Source of the DNA: Scyliorhinus canicula
Taxonomy: Eukaryota
Reading direction: 5' to 3'
Length of the DNA: 64,000 nt
Assembly: GCF_902713615.1 (NCBI RefSeq)
Contig: NC_052162.1
Coordinates: forward strand, 132,270,653-132,334,652
In this document: positions 1 to 11,939 of the stretch, piece after piece
Layout of the letters: each line of letters starts with the position of its first letter
Numbering within the stretch: the first letter of the stretch is position 1
The notes under the pieces: model-generated
What the model was told of the DNA's origin: nothing
The model's database searches: none
The model's input: the letters and a program-made list of their open reading frames with translations, nothing else
Position numbers and translations under genes: made by a program

Positions 1-240
1 AGAGAAGGACTTGGTGTATAAGGAGTACAGGGTAGAGTGTGTAGATATTCTGAGTCATGTTGATATTAATAAAGAGGTGTTGGGCATCTTCAAAAGCATT
101 AAAGTAGATAAGTCCCCAGGGCCTAATGGGATCTATCCCAGAATACTGAGGGAGGCAAGGGAGAAAATTGCTGGGGCCTTGACAGTAATCTTTGTTGCCT
201 CATTGGCTACAGGTGAAGTTCCAGAGGACTGGGGAGTACC
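1..240 (+). mobile_element. CR1-type LINE ORF2 fragment
   Basis: Translation DKSPGPNGIYPRILREAREKIAGALTVIFVASLATGEVPEDW is the typical pre-RT segment of CR1 ORF2 and matches the copies at 53.9 and 56.9 kb. Confidence 0.85.
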
Positions 241-1637
241 CAATGTTAGAACACAGAACAGTACAGCACAGAACAGGCCCTTTGGTCCTCGATGTTGTGC
301 CGAGCATTTTCCGAAACCAAGATCAAGCTATCCCACTCCCTGTCATTCTGGTGTGCGCCATGTGCCTATCCAATAACCGCCTGAAAGTTCCTAAAGTGTC
401 CGACTCCACTATCAAGCAGGCAGTCCATTCCACACTCTAACCACTCTCTGAGTAAAGAACCTACCTCGGACATCCCTCCTATATCTCCCACCCTGAACCT
501 TATAGTTATGCCCCCTTGTAATAGCTACATCCACCCGAGGAAATAGTCTCTGAACGTCCACTCTATCTATCCCCCTCATCATCTTATAAACCTCTATTAA
601 GTCGCCTCTCATCATCCTCCTCCGCTCCAAAGAGAAAAGCCCCAGCTCCCTCAACCTTTCCTCATAAGACCTATCCTCCAAACCAGGCAGAATCCTGGTA
701 AATCTCCTTTGCACCCTTTCCAATGCTTCCACATCCTATAGTGAGGTGACCAGAACTGCACACAATACTCCAAATGTGGTCTCACCAGGGTCATGTACAG
801 TTGCAGCATAACCCCGCAGCTCTTAAACTCAAGCCCCCTGTTAATAAACACATACCACACTATAGGCCTTTTTCACTGCTCTATCCACTTGAGTAGCAAC
901 CTTCAGAGATCTGTGGACCTGAACTCCAACATCCCTCTGTTCCTCCATATTCCTCAGAACCCTGCCGTTGACCCTGTAATCCGCATTCAAATTTTTTCTA
1001 CCAAAATTAATCACCTCACACTTATCAGGGTTAAACTCCATCTGCCATTTTTCGGCCCATCTCGACATCTTATCAAGGTCTCTTTGCAGCCTACAACAGC
1101 CCTCCACCTCATCCACTACTCCACCAATCTTGGTGTCATCAGCACATTTACAGACCCACCTTCAGCCCCCTCCTCCAAGTCATTGATAAAAATCACAAAT
1201 AGCAGAGGACCCAGCACTGATCCCTGTGGTACACCGCTGGTAACTGGTCTCCAGTCTGAAAATTTTCCATCCACCACCACCCTCTGTCTTCTATGTGATA
1301 GCCAGGGGCTGGTTTAGCTCAAGGGGCTGGTTTAGCTCACTCAGCTAAATCGCTGGCTTTTCAAGCAGGCCAGCAGCATGGTTCGATTCCCATACCAGCC
1401 TCCCCGGACAGGCGGCGGAATGTGGCGACTAGGGGCTTTTCACAGTAACTTCATTGAAGCCTACTCGTGACAATAAGCGATTTTCATTTCATTTCAGTCA
1501 CTTATCCAATTGGCCAAATTTCCCTCCATCCCACACCTCCTTATTTTCTTCATAAGCCGACCGTGGGGAACCTTATCAAACGCCTTACTAAAATCCATGT
1601 ATACGACATCAACTGCTCTACCTTCATCTACATCATG
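241..1637 (-). mobile_element. CR1 LINE 3' part (RT C-terminus and 3' tail), interrupted by a SINE at 1305-1495
   Basis: Minus-strand ORFs read LQRDLDKMSRWAEKWQMEFNPDKC, LVRPHLEYCVQFWSPH and FFTQRVVRVWNGLP, spread over several frames. Confidence 0.9.
1305..1495 (+). mobile_element. tRNA-derived SINE inserted in CR1
   Basis: The head GGGGCTGGTTTAGCTCA (duplicated) is A-box-like, GGTTCGATTCCC is B-box-like, and the tail is (ATTTC)n. The same family occurs at 19510-19694 and 37385-37490. Confidence 0.8.
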
Positions 1638-2035
1638 TGTTGGGCAGGCTGGGTCGATGTGGACTGCACTTGATGCAGTTTAGCGAGAGACAGACTTCCA
1701 ACACTTGATGAGATGCAACACGATTTTATTTAACATCTAAACTATTATACATGTTCAACTGTGGGTTGACACTATGCTGACTTGACTGGAGACCTGATAC
1801 TAGCCTGACAAGACTTACGAACTACCACATGGTGTTTGCACTGGCTAGCTCACAAAGCTCTGACTGTCTCAGAGGCTGGATCCCGAGAGAGCTGGACAAC
1901 TGGTGCCCTCTGGCTTTATAGTGGTTGTGTCCTGTCTGGTGATTGGCTGCTCTGTTCTGTGTGCTTACTGGTCATCCTGTGTGTCAATCACTGCCTGTCT
2001 GCACTCCATTATATACATAGATGTGTATTATGACA
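1638..2035 (-). mobile_element. 3' LTR of Ty3/Gypsy element
   Basis: On the minus strand it runs TGTCA...AACA and is directly preceded by the polypurine tract AAAAAAGGGGGGGGGGGGGAGA (plus 2036-2057). It lies downstream of the pol remnant. Confidence 0.75.
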
Positions 2036-2289
2036 TCTCCCCCCCCCCCCTTTTTTATATTATTTGTGTTCAGATAATAAATATTCAGGTGCATATGCGT
2101 GTGGATGGGTATATGTGCGTGACTATCTATTGAATGTGCTAAAATGAACTCGTATACATAGGAAGGTGTCGCTAGTGCAGATACAGGGCAGATGAAATGG
2201 TAAAAACGATACTTACTGAGGTCAAAACAATGAGGTAACAAAATTGTGCAAAAGTTCAGTTGATAAGTTTAGTCTTTGCGGCGGGTGAT

Positions 2290-4770
2290 GAATTCTGGTT
2301 GACCGCCTCAAGGGTGGATCAGGGGCCGCCTGCACTTGGATAGGCAGGACTGCTGCCAATGCGGTGGTCGCAGAGGTCGGCAGGCTTGCTGGTAGATCGG
2401 TGGCCTTGTGGTCGGGCACGTCCGGATGAAGCATTGTGTGAGGCGGGACATCACGGTTGGGAGGCGGGCGTTGGGAGACTCTGCACGGCGCCCGTCTGTT
2501 GCAGCGTAGGAAGGAGCCGTCAGCCATGCGGACGAGGAACAATCTCGGGGCCACTTGCGTGACCACCACAGCTGTGGCGGACCAGCCGCCGTCAGGGAAC
2601 TGTACACGAACACAATCAGGTGGGACCAGCTCGGGGAGATCCGTGGCATGAGCGTCGTATGCTGATTTCTGTTGGGCCCGAGACTGCTGCATCTCATAGA
2701 ATTTACAGTGCACAAGGAGGCCATTCAGCCCATCGAGTCTGCACCGGCTCTTGGAAAGAGCACCCTACCCAAGGTCCACACCTCCACCCCCTCCCCATAA
2801 CCTAGTAACCCCACCCAACACTAAAGGCAATTTTGGACACTAATGGGCAATTTATCATGGCCAATCCACCTAACCTGCACATCTTTGGACTGTGGGAGGA
2901 AACGGGAGCACCTGGAGGAAACCCACGCACACACGGGGAGTATGTGCAGACTCCGCACAGACAGTGACCCAAGCCGGAATCGAACCTGGGACCCTGGAGC
3001 TGTGAAGCAATTGTGCTATCCACAATGCTACCATGCTGCCCCGAGAATGTGCCAAATGAACTTGTATACATAGGTCGGACCGTGAGGTGGTCAAGGTCTG
3101 GAACATGGATGGCTGGAACCGTAGTTCGCAGAGTGCGATTCATGAGCATCTGTGCTGGAGACAACCCAGTGGACAGCGGGGTTGCTCTGTATGCCAGTAG
3201 CACCAGGTTGAAGTCGGAGCCTGAGTCTGTAGCCTTACATAGTAATCTCTTGACGATATGGACCCCTTTTTCGGCCTTCCCGTTTGTCTGCGGATAGTGG
3301 GAGCTGGAGGTAACGTGACAAAAGTTGAATAGCTGGGCAAACTCCGACCACTCCTGGCTGTAAAAACAGGGACCGTTGTAACTCATCACCGTGAGCGGTA
3401 TCCCATGCCTGGCAAATGTTTCTTTGCATGCTTTAATCACCGCCTTCGACGTGAGGGCGGACAGTTTTACCACTTCAGGGTAATTGGACCAGTAGTCAAC
3501 CAGGAGGACATAGTCACGCCCCTTGGCATGGAAAAGGTCGACACCGACTTTGGACCATGGGGAGGTCACTATCTCATGTTGCTGCAGAGTTTCTTTGGGT
3601 TGAGCCGGCTGGAATTTCTGACATGTAGAGCAGTTGAGGACCGTGTTGGCAACGCCTTGGCTGATGCCCGGCCAATAGACTGCCTCCTGAGCTCTGTGTC
3701 GACATTTCGCGACCCCCAGGTGACCCTCATGGATTTGGCTGAGCATCATAGCTCGCATGCTCTGCGGAATCACGATTCTATCGAGCTTCATGAGGATGCC
3801 GTCCACCTCCGTCACGTCGTCCTTGACGTTGTAAAACTGGGGACACTGTCCCTTCTGCCAGCCATTTGTGAGGTGCTGCATCACACGCTGTAGCAGAGGA
3901 TCCTTGGCCGTTTCCTCATGAATTTGAATGACCCTCTCATCAGAGGCCGGAAGGTTGGAGGCACACAATTGCACCTGCGCGTCGATTTGGCAGACAAAGT
4001 CAGTTTGCTCACATGGTGTGGTGATAGATCTGGAAAGGGCATCTGCAACAATGAGTTCTTTGCCTGGTGTGTCGACAAGTTCAAAGTCATAGCGGTGTGG
4101 CTTGAGAAGGATTTGTTGTAACCGGGGCATCATGCCGTTTAAGTCCTTCTGGATTATGTGGACTACTGGCCTGTGGTCCGCCTCAACCGTGAATTTTGGG
4201 AGGCCACACACATAGTCGTGAAACTTGTCGATTCCCGTTGGGAGGCCCAGGCATTCCTTCTCAATCTGAGCGTACCGTTGCTCAGTGGGCGTCATGGCTC
4301 TGGAGGCATCTGCAACTGGGGCCCAAGAGGAGGAGTCATCCCGTTGGAAGAGCACTGCCCCAATATCGTCCAGGCTCGCGTCAGTGGATATTTTGGTCTC
4401 CTTGGTAGGGGCGAAGAACGCCAGAACCGGGGCTGTGGTGAGTTTTGCCCTCAGCTCACGCCATTCTTTCTCATGAGCGAGCAGCCACTGGAATTCCGTC
4501 CACTTTCTGACGAGATGGCGGCGGGCTGTGGTGTGGGACGCCATGTTGGGAATGAACTTCCTGAGGAAGTTGACCACCCCTAGAAAGCGGAGGACTGCCT
4601 TCTTGTCCTCTGGGGTGTTCATGGCGTTGATCGGCGAAACCTTGTCAGCATCTGGCCGCACACCTTGCTGCGAGATGTGGTCACCAAGGAATTTGATTTC
4701 TGATTGATCGAACGAGCACTTGACCCTGTTGAGTTGGCGGCCATGCTCGTAGATTCTGTGGAATCTACAG
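2290..4770 (-). pseudogene. Ty3/Gypsy pol remnant (RT end, RNase H, integrase), interrupted by a SINE
   Basis: Motifs FLGDHIS, ISTDAS, YAQIEKECL, ADALSR, HEGHLG..C (zinc finger), VGVDLF and PQTNGKAEKGV. The C-terminus continues at 2690-2290 past the SINE. Confidence 0.9.
2694..3042 (-). mobile_element. HE1-like shark SINE
   Basis: On the minus strand it reads GGGCAGCATGGTAGCATTGTGG...GGTTCGATTCCGGCTTGGG...GGGTTTCCTCCAGGTGCTCCCG with a CR1-like tail. It is near-identical to 58330-58540. Confidence 0.85.
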
Positions 4771-4774
4771 AATC

Positions 4775-6621
4775 TCCCTCCCTCCCTCCCTTCGNNNNNN
4801 NNNNNNNNNNNNNNNNNNNNNNNNNNNNNNNNNNNNNNNNNNNNNNNNNNNNNNNNNNNNNNNNNNNNNNNNNNNNNNNNNNNNNNNNNNNNNNNNNNNN
4901 NNNNNNNNNNNNNNNNNNNNNNNNNNNNNNNNNNNNNNNNNNNNNNNNNNNTCCCTCCCTCCCTCACTTCGTCCCTCCCTCCCTCNNNNNNNNNNNNNNN
5001 NNNNNNNNNNNNNNNNNNNNNNNNNNNNNNNNNNNNNNNNNNNNNNNNNNNNNNNNNNNNNNNNNNNNNNNNNNNNNNNNNNNNNNNNNNNNNNNNNNNN
5101 NNNNNNNNNNNNNNNNNNNNNNNNNNNNNNNNNNNNNNNNNNNNNNCTCCCTTCGTCCCTCCCTCCCTTTGTCCCTCCCTCCCTCCCTTCGTCCCTCCCT
5201 CCCTCCCTTTGTCCCTCCCTCCCTTCGTCCTTCCCTCCCTCCCTTCGTCCCTCCCTCCCTCCCTCCCTCCCTCCCTCCCTCCCTCCCTTCGTCCCTCCCT
5301 CCCTCCCTTCGTCCCTCCCTCCCTCCCTTCGTCCCTCCCTCCCTTCGTCCCTCCCTCCCTTCGTCCCTCCCTCCCTCCCTTCGTCCCTCCCTCCCTTCGT
5401 CCCTCCCCTCCCTTCGTCCTTCCTCCCTCCCTTCGTCCCTCCCTCCCTTCGTCCCTCCCTCCCTCCCTCCCTTCGTCCCTCCTCCCTCCCTCCCTTCGTC
5501 CCTCCCTCCCTCCCTTCGTCCCTCCCTCCCTTCGTCCCTCCCTCCCTTCGTCCCTCCCTCCCTCCCTTCGTCCCTCCCTCCCTTCGTCCCTCCCTCCCTT
5601 CGTCCCTCCCTCCCTCCCTCCTCCCTCCCTCCCTTCGTCCCTCCCTCCCTTCGTCCCTCCGTCCCTCCCTCCGTCCCTCCCTCCCTCCCTTCGTCCCTCC
5701 CTCCCTCCCTTCGTCCCTCCCTCCCTCACTTCGTCCCTCCCTCCCTCCCTTCGTCCCTCCCTCCCTCCCTTCGTCCCTTCGTCCCTCCCTCCTTCCCTTC
5801 GTCCCTTCGTCCCTCCCTCCCTCCGNNNNNNNNNNNNNNNNNNNNNNNNNNNNNNNNNNNNNNNNNNNNNNNNNNNNNNNNNNNNNNNNNNNNNNNNNNN
5901 NNNNNNNNNNNNNNNNNNNNNNNNNNNNNNNNNNNNNNNNNNNNNNNNNNNNNTCGTNNNNNNNNNNNNNNNNNNNNNNNNNNNNNNNNNNNNNNNNNNN
6001 NNNNNNNNNNNNNNNNNNNNNNNNNNNNNNNNNNNNNNNNNNNNNNNNNNNNNNNNNNNNNNNNNNNNNNNNNNNNNNNNNNNNNNNNNNNNNNNNNNNN
6101 NNNNNNNNNNNNNNNNNNNNNNNNNNNNNNNNNNNNNNNNNNNNNNNNNNNNNNNNNNNNNNNNNNNNNNNNNNNNNNNNNNNNNNNNNNNNNNNNNNNN
6201 NNNNNNNNNNNNNNNNNNNNNNNNNNNNNNNNCCCTCCCTTCGTCCCTCCCTCCCTCCCTTCGTCCCTCCTCCTCCCTCCCTTCGTCCCTCCCTCCCTCC
6301 CTTCGNNNNNNNNNNNNNNNNNNNNNNNNNNNNNNNNNNNNNNNNNNNNNNNNNNNNNNNNNNNNNNNNNNNNNNNNNNNNNNNNNNNNNNNNNNNNNNN
6401 NNNNNNNNNNNNNNNNNNNNNNNNNNNNNNNNNNNNNNNNNNNNNNNNNNNNNNNNNNNNNNNNNNNNNNNNNNNNNNNNNNNNNNNNNNNNNNNNNNNN
6501 NNNNNNNNNNNNNNNNNNNNNNNNNNNNNNNNNNNNNNNNNNNNNNNNNNNNNNNNNNNNNNNNNNNNNNNNNNNNNNNNNNNNNNNNNNNNNNNNNNNN
6601 NNNNNNNNNNNNNNNNNNNNN
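4775..6621. repeat. (CCCT)n/CTTCGT pyrimidine-rich low-complexity array with N gaps
   Basis: Directly visible; several N runs interrupt it. Confidence 0.95.
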
Positions 6622-7237
6622 AGACAGAGGTTACACTCGGCAGTTTGTACACCTTGTGCAAACTGTCTGCCTGGCAATGACTGCTCGGAGAGAGGCAACA
6701 AACACAAAACAGGAAGCAGAGGCCCGGACCGTTAGTTGAAGCTACGGAGTGTGAAAATTATACTGAGGGCAGAGGGCCTTGGCACGCACTCACTGACACA
6801 CAGGGAGAGAGAAAGGGAGAGAGAAGGAGCTGGCCAGTACCGGGAGCTGACAGAAGTTTGTGCAGGGGAGTGGAGGCCAGTGACAGGGTAAGGGAGCGGT
6901 TTATTCCTCGCTCACTCTGGATTTGGAGATGGGTCAATTGTGGGTGTGGAAGGTGGGCCTTTGGTTGCTGAACTGGGAAACAATGCAGTAGCTGCCCGTC
7001 ACACAACGAGAGATGGATGTTATGTGATTGGATGGAGTAGAGAGAGGGGGATAGAGATAGAGGAGGGAAATGGAGTGGAGGAGTGTGCCATAAAGCAGGA
7101 AAGAGAAATGAAAAAGAAGGAGCGTAATAGAGATTGGGAGCGCTAGCAGAAAAGAAAATACAATGAAGAATTATATTGTAGAGTGGAAGAGAGAGAGAAG
7201 GAAAGAGAGGGAAAATGGAGGTGTAGATCTTGGATCG

Positions 7238-9155
7238 TATTGTAATTGATTGGTCAGTATATTGTGTTCTAATTGATTGGTCAGTATATTGTGTTCTAAT
7301 TGATTGGTCAGTATATTGTGATAATTGATTGGTCAGTATATTGTGTTCTAATTGATTGGTCAGTACACTGTGTTCTAATTGATTGGTCAGTATTTTGAGA
7401 TAATTGATTGGTCAGTATATTGTGATAATTGATTGGTCAGTATATTGTGTTCTAATTGATTGGTCAGAATATTGTGATAATTGATTGGTCAGTATATTGT
7501 ATTCTAATTGATTGGTCAGTATATTGTGATAATTGATTGGTCAGTACATTGTGTTCTAATTGATTGGTCAGTATATTGTGATAATTGATTGGTCAGTATA
7601 TTGTGTTCTAATTGATTGGTCAGTATATTGTGCTGAAATTGATTGGTCAGTATATTGTGATAATTGATTGGTCAGTATATTGTGATAATTGATTGGTCAG
7701 TATATTGTGTTCTAATTGATTGGTCAGTATATTGTGATAATTGATTGGTCTGTATATTGTGTTAATTGATTGGTCAGTATATTGTGTTCTAATTGATTGG
7801 TCAGTATATTGTGATAATTGATTGGTCAGTATATTGTGATAATTGATTGGTCAGTATATTGTGTTAATTGATTGGTCAGTATATTGTGTTCTAATTGATT
7901 GGTCAGTATATTGTGATAATTGATTGGTCAGTATATTGTGTTCTAATTGATTGGTCAGTACACTGTGTTCTAATTGATTGGTCAGTATATTGTGATAATT
8001 GATTGGTCAGTATATTGTGTTCTAATTGATTGGTCAGTACACTGTGTTCTAATTGATTGGTCAGTATTTTGAGATAATTGATTGGTCAGTATATTGTGAT
8101 AATTGATTGGTCAGTATATTGTGTTCTAATTGATTGGTCAGAATATTGTGATAATTGATTGGTCAGTATATTGTATTCTAATTGATTGGTCAGTATATTG
8201 TGATAATTGATTGGTCAGTACATTGTGTTCTAATTGATTGGTCAGTATATTGTGATAATTGATTGGTCAGTATATTGTGTTCTAATTGATTGGTCAGTAT
8301 ATTGTGCTGAAATTGATTGGTCAGTATATTGTGATAATTGATTGGTCAGTATATTGTGATAATTGATTGGTCAGTATATTGTGTTCTAATTGATTGGTCA
8401 GTATATTGTGATAATTGATTGGTCTGTATATTGTGTTAATTGATTGGTCAGTATATTGTGTTCTAATTGATTGGTCAGTATATTGTGATAATTGATTGGT
8501 CAGTATATTGTGATAATTGATTGGTCAGTATATTGTGTTCTAATTGATTGGTCAGTATATTGTGTTCTAATTGATTGGTCAGTATATTGTGTTCTAATTG
8601 ATTGGTCAGTATATTGTGATAATTGATTGGTCAGTATATTGTGTTAATTGATTGGTCAGTATATTGTGTTCTAATTGATTGGTCAGTATATTGTGATAAT
8701 TGATTGGTCAGTATATTGTGATAATTGATTGGTCTGTATATTGTGTTAATTGATTGGTCAGTATATTGTGTTCTAATTGATTGGTCAGTATATTGTGATA
8801 ATTGATTGGTCAGTATATTGTGATAATTGATTGGTCAGTATATTGTGTTAATTGATTGGTCAGTATATTGTGTTCTAATTGATTGGTCAGTATATTGTGA
8901 TAATTGATTGGTCAGTATATTGTGTTAATTGATTGGTCAGTATATTGTGTTCTAATTGATTGGTCAGTATATTGTGATAATTGATTGGTCAGTATATTGT
9001 GATAATTGATTGGTCAGTATATTGTGTTAATTGATTGGTCAGTATATTGTGTTCTAATTGATTGGTCAGTATATTGTGATAATTGATTGGTCAGTATATT
9101 GTGATAATTGATTGGTCAGTATATTGTGATAATTGATTGGTCAGTATATTGTGTT
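7238..9155. repeat. 25-27-bp minisatellite AATTGATTGGTCAGTATATTGTG(TTCT/AT/TT), about 73 units
   Basis: Directly visible. Variant units recur at a 674-bp offset. Confidence 0.97.
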
Positions 9156-9502
9156 ACGATTAATCAATCATTATTTTGTGCCATGATTTATTCACCAATA
9201 CATTGCATTCCGATCCATGCACACCTATATTGAAATTTATCCAGGTAAATTCCATTGCCCTACTCTGCAGGGATTCTCTGGAAAAACAAGATACTGCGGA
9301 TGCTGGATATCTGAAATAAAAGCAGAAAGTTCTGGAAGAAATCAGCAGCCATTCCAAAGAGGACCCAAATTGGACTCGAAACGTTATCTCTGTTTCTCTC
9401 TCCACAGATGCTGTGAGACTCGCTGAGTTTTTCACAGGACTTTCAGCATTTTATTTTTGAATTCCCTCGTACATGAGCCTGGAAATTACTCCCAATATCT
9501 CA

Positions 9503-9815
9503 CAGAATTTACAGCGCAGAAGGAGGCCATTCAGCCCATCGAGTGTGCACCGGCCCGACTTAAGTCCACACCTCCACCCTATCCCTATAACCCAGTAAAC
9601 CCACCTGACCTTTTTGGAAACTAAGGGCGATTTTGCATGGCCAGTCCACCTAACCTGCACATCTTTGGACTGCGGGAAGAAACCGGAGCACCCGGAGGAA
9701 ACCCACCCAGACACGGGAAGAACGTGCAAACTCCACACAGACATTCATCTGAGGCCGGATTTGAACCCGGGTCCCTGGAGCTGTGAGGCAGATGTGCGAA
9801 CCCAATGTGCCACCC
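9503..9815 (-). mobile_element. HE1-like shark SINE
   Basis: Shares the core with 2694-3042 (CACCTAACCTGCACATCTTTGGACTG...GGAGGAAACCCAC). Confidence 0.8.
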
Positions 9816-9832
9816 AGAGTCCTGAGGTTTAT

Positions 9833-10159
9833 GGGGATTCCCTCATAAATGAAGGCGGGAATCTTCCAGATATCTGATTCTGGTGCAGCTTCCCTCAATA
9901 TTTATTCCTGGGATGTATTCCCTCAGTATCCGGTGCTGAGGTATATTCACCCAATGACTATGCCGGGTATCACAGCCAGACACGGGATTGGGAATCTCCC
10001 GCAGTGAATAGTTCTGGAGTGAATTCTCCCAATGCTTGTCCGGAGAGTATTCCCTCTCACTTAGAACTGAGAAACTCCTCCAATTTCCCTTTGGTACCTT
10101 CCTCTCCTGTATTTTGGTTCTGCAGTGTGTTAACCCACTGTTTCTATTGGGGGAATTCC
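9833..10159. promoter_or_regulatory. Cluster of NF-kB consensus sites (candidate IgW 3' enhancer)
   Basis: GGGGATTCCC 9833-9842, GGGAATCTCC 9990-9999 and GGGGAATTCC 10150-10159 match GGGRNWYYCC. GGGAATCTTC at 9857 has one mismatch. Function is not shown. Confidence 0.3.
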
Positions 10160-10254
10160 TTTATAGGACTGAGATGAGGAGAAATGTCTTCACCCAGAGA
10201 GTGGGCGGCCTGTGGAATTCACTCCCACAGAAAGCAGTTGAGGCCAAAACATTG

Positions 10255-11372
10255 TTGGCGGTGATTCAGCCACCGCGGGTGGATCTGGCGAGAGCCCCAA
10301 ATCAGGCTGCCCACCAGGCATCCGGCCAATAGCAAGTCACCCGACTCGCTCCACCCAGCGCGATATGGATCTTACCCTCGCTGGGCGTGATCCAGATCAG
10401 CATATTTAAATGAGCCGGACTCCACTTTCACCCGGAGCCCGGGTGTCATCACCCAGCCTGCGAGACCTCGACAGGACGGCGTTCAGCACTGGGCTCCACA
10501 AATGTGGACCAGATGTGACGGCACCTCGGGGAGTCTGGCAGGCCATGAGAGACCGCGCCAGCTGTGATACCCAGAAGACTACCGGACCCATCCATTAGAG
10601 GTAGACGGAGATAGGCAGGGTGGTACCTTCGCATCACCTCCTGGCACACTGGCCGTCCCACCTGGGCACTCCTGCAGTGCCAACGTGGCACCCTGTTAGT
10701 GTCAATCTGGTACTGCAAGGGTGTCTAGGAAGCACTGCCAGGTTGGTGCTGCAAGGTTGCCAGACTGGCAATGCCAAGGTACTCGGGTACCAGGTTGCCA
10801 CTGCTGTCACTGGCACCCTCCACCATCCCAGAGATGCTCACCGTGGTCGGGCACTTTAGTGAAGAGGCTCCTGAGACACTATCTGGTGCGCACGACACAA
10901 ATGTAGCGGTGCATCAGGTGGAGGTAGGAACCCCCGAGGGGATGGACGGTCAGTGGGCGGCCTATCCCCTGGGACTAGCTGCAGTCCAGACAGGTCTAGC
11001 GCCTCTCGAAAGGGCGGTCCCATCAATGTTGGTGATGAAGGCGCAGAGCCAGGGTCTACATGAGGGGGTGTCAGTAACCATCCAGCGCCTGGAGGTGCAG
11101 TGGGAGGAGTCCCACCACCTGCAGGAGGAGGAGGCACTGCTGACAATTCGTGCCTCCCAGACCAACACCACATGGGTTGTGTCCGCAACGGCGGCCTTGG
11201 GCACGAATTTCCTCCAGTACCTGGCCCTTGGATATATCCACCCAATGACTATACCAGGAGGGGATTTTCTGCTCCCAGGTCATGTGGTCTCGCTGAAAGT
11301 CAACAGGCTCTTTACTGGGCGCCCGAATCTCCCACGGCAGGACCCCCACACCGGGGCCAGGAAATCCTGGCC
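10255..11372. mobile_element. GC-rich, probably non-autonomous TIR-type element inserted in a CR1 3' fragment (CR1 at ~10165-10254)
   Basis: Abrupt switch from CR1 3' sequence (FTQRVGGLWNSLP) to GC-rich DNA, with loosely inverted termini (GGCGGTGATTC / GAAATCCTGGCC). Confidence 0.4.
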
Positions 11373-11436
11373 TCCGTGTCCCTCAGTTTTATCCATCTCT
11401 TCACACCACCGCTTATTTCATTGTATCTTTTCATTT

Positions 11437-11442
11437 TTTATT
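11437..11442 (-). terminator. Polyadenylation signal of the IgW membrane transcript
   Basis: AATAAA on the minus strand about 390 nt after the TM2 stop. Confidence 0.6.
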
Positions 11443-11831
11443 GACCTGGTTTCAAACCAAAACATTTACATCAGTGAAAACACTTTTAAAAAAGCTGCAG
11501 GCAATAATCTGAACATTTGTTTTTACAACAGTTTCCACAAGACCCAGAGAACAAGCCCTTCCCTCCTTCCCATTCTCACACTCCCTCCTGACCCCAAATT
11601 CCCAATTCCCCAGTCCCGTCCTTCCCAACTCTCCCCCATCCCATCCCAATTCCCCATCCCAATCATCCCCAGTCCATTTGAACTTTTAACTCCCAGAATG
11701 AGTTGTTGCAGTGCAGTAGCCGAGTATTTTCCAGTGTCTGGCAGAAAGTTCCATTCCCAAACATCACAGGGACATTTCTGGACAATTTAGCTCTTGTATA
11801 AATCTGAATGTGAGCTGTGAGCATCTGCTGG

Positions 11832-11843
11832 TCACTGCTGAAC
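11832..11843 (-). CDS. IgW TM2 exon coding part (VQQ*)
   Basis: Acceptor ctgtattacag|GTT CAG CAG TGA. It is phase 0, matching the TM1 donor, and has a downstream AATAAA. Confidence 0.65.
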   Translation of the reverse strand, partial: VQQ

Positions 11844-11939
11844 CTGTAATACAGATGTCAGAGTGAGAAATGTGTGTGAGCCTCAGTATATCAGGCAGGG
11901 TAACCCAAAAACACAGGTAGTCTGTCTGTCTGCTCGGAA

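Noticed and set aside
2802-6707. 1301-aa ORF as a single gene
   Set aside because: It is an artefact of N runs and a stop-free CT repeat fused to a Gypsy pol remnant and a SINE.
7238-9155. CRISPR-like array (also considered for 28070-32255 and 47057-48035)
   Set aside because: The repeats are contiguous with no unique spacers, there are no cas genes, and the context is a vertebrate genome.
10771-11790. 339-aa host protein-coding gene
   Set aside because: It spans a TIR-type insertion and the antisense TM2 3' UTR, and has no splice structure or recognisable domain.
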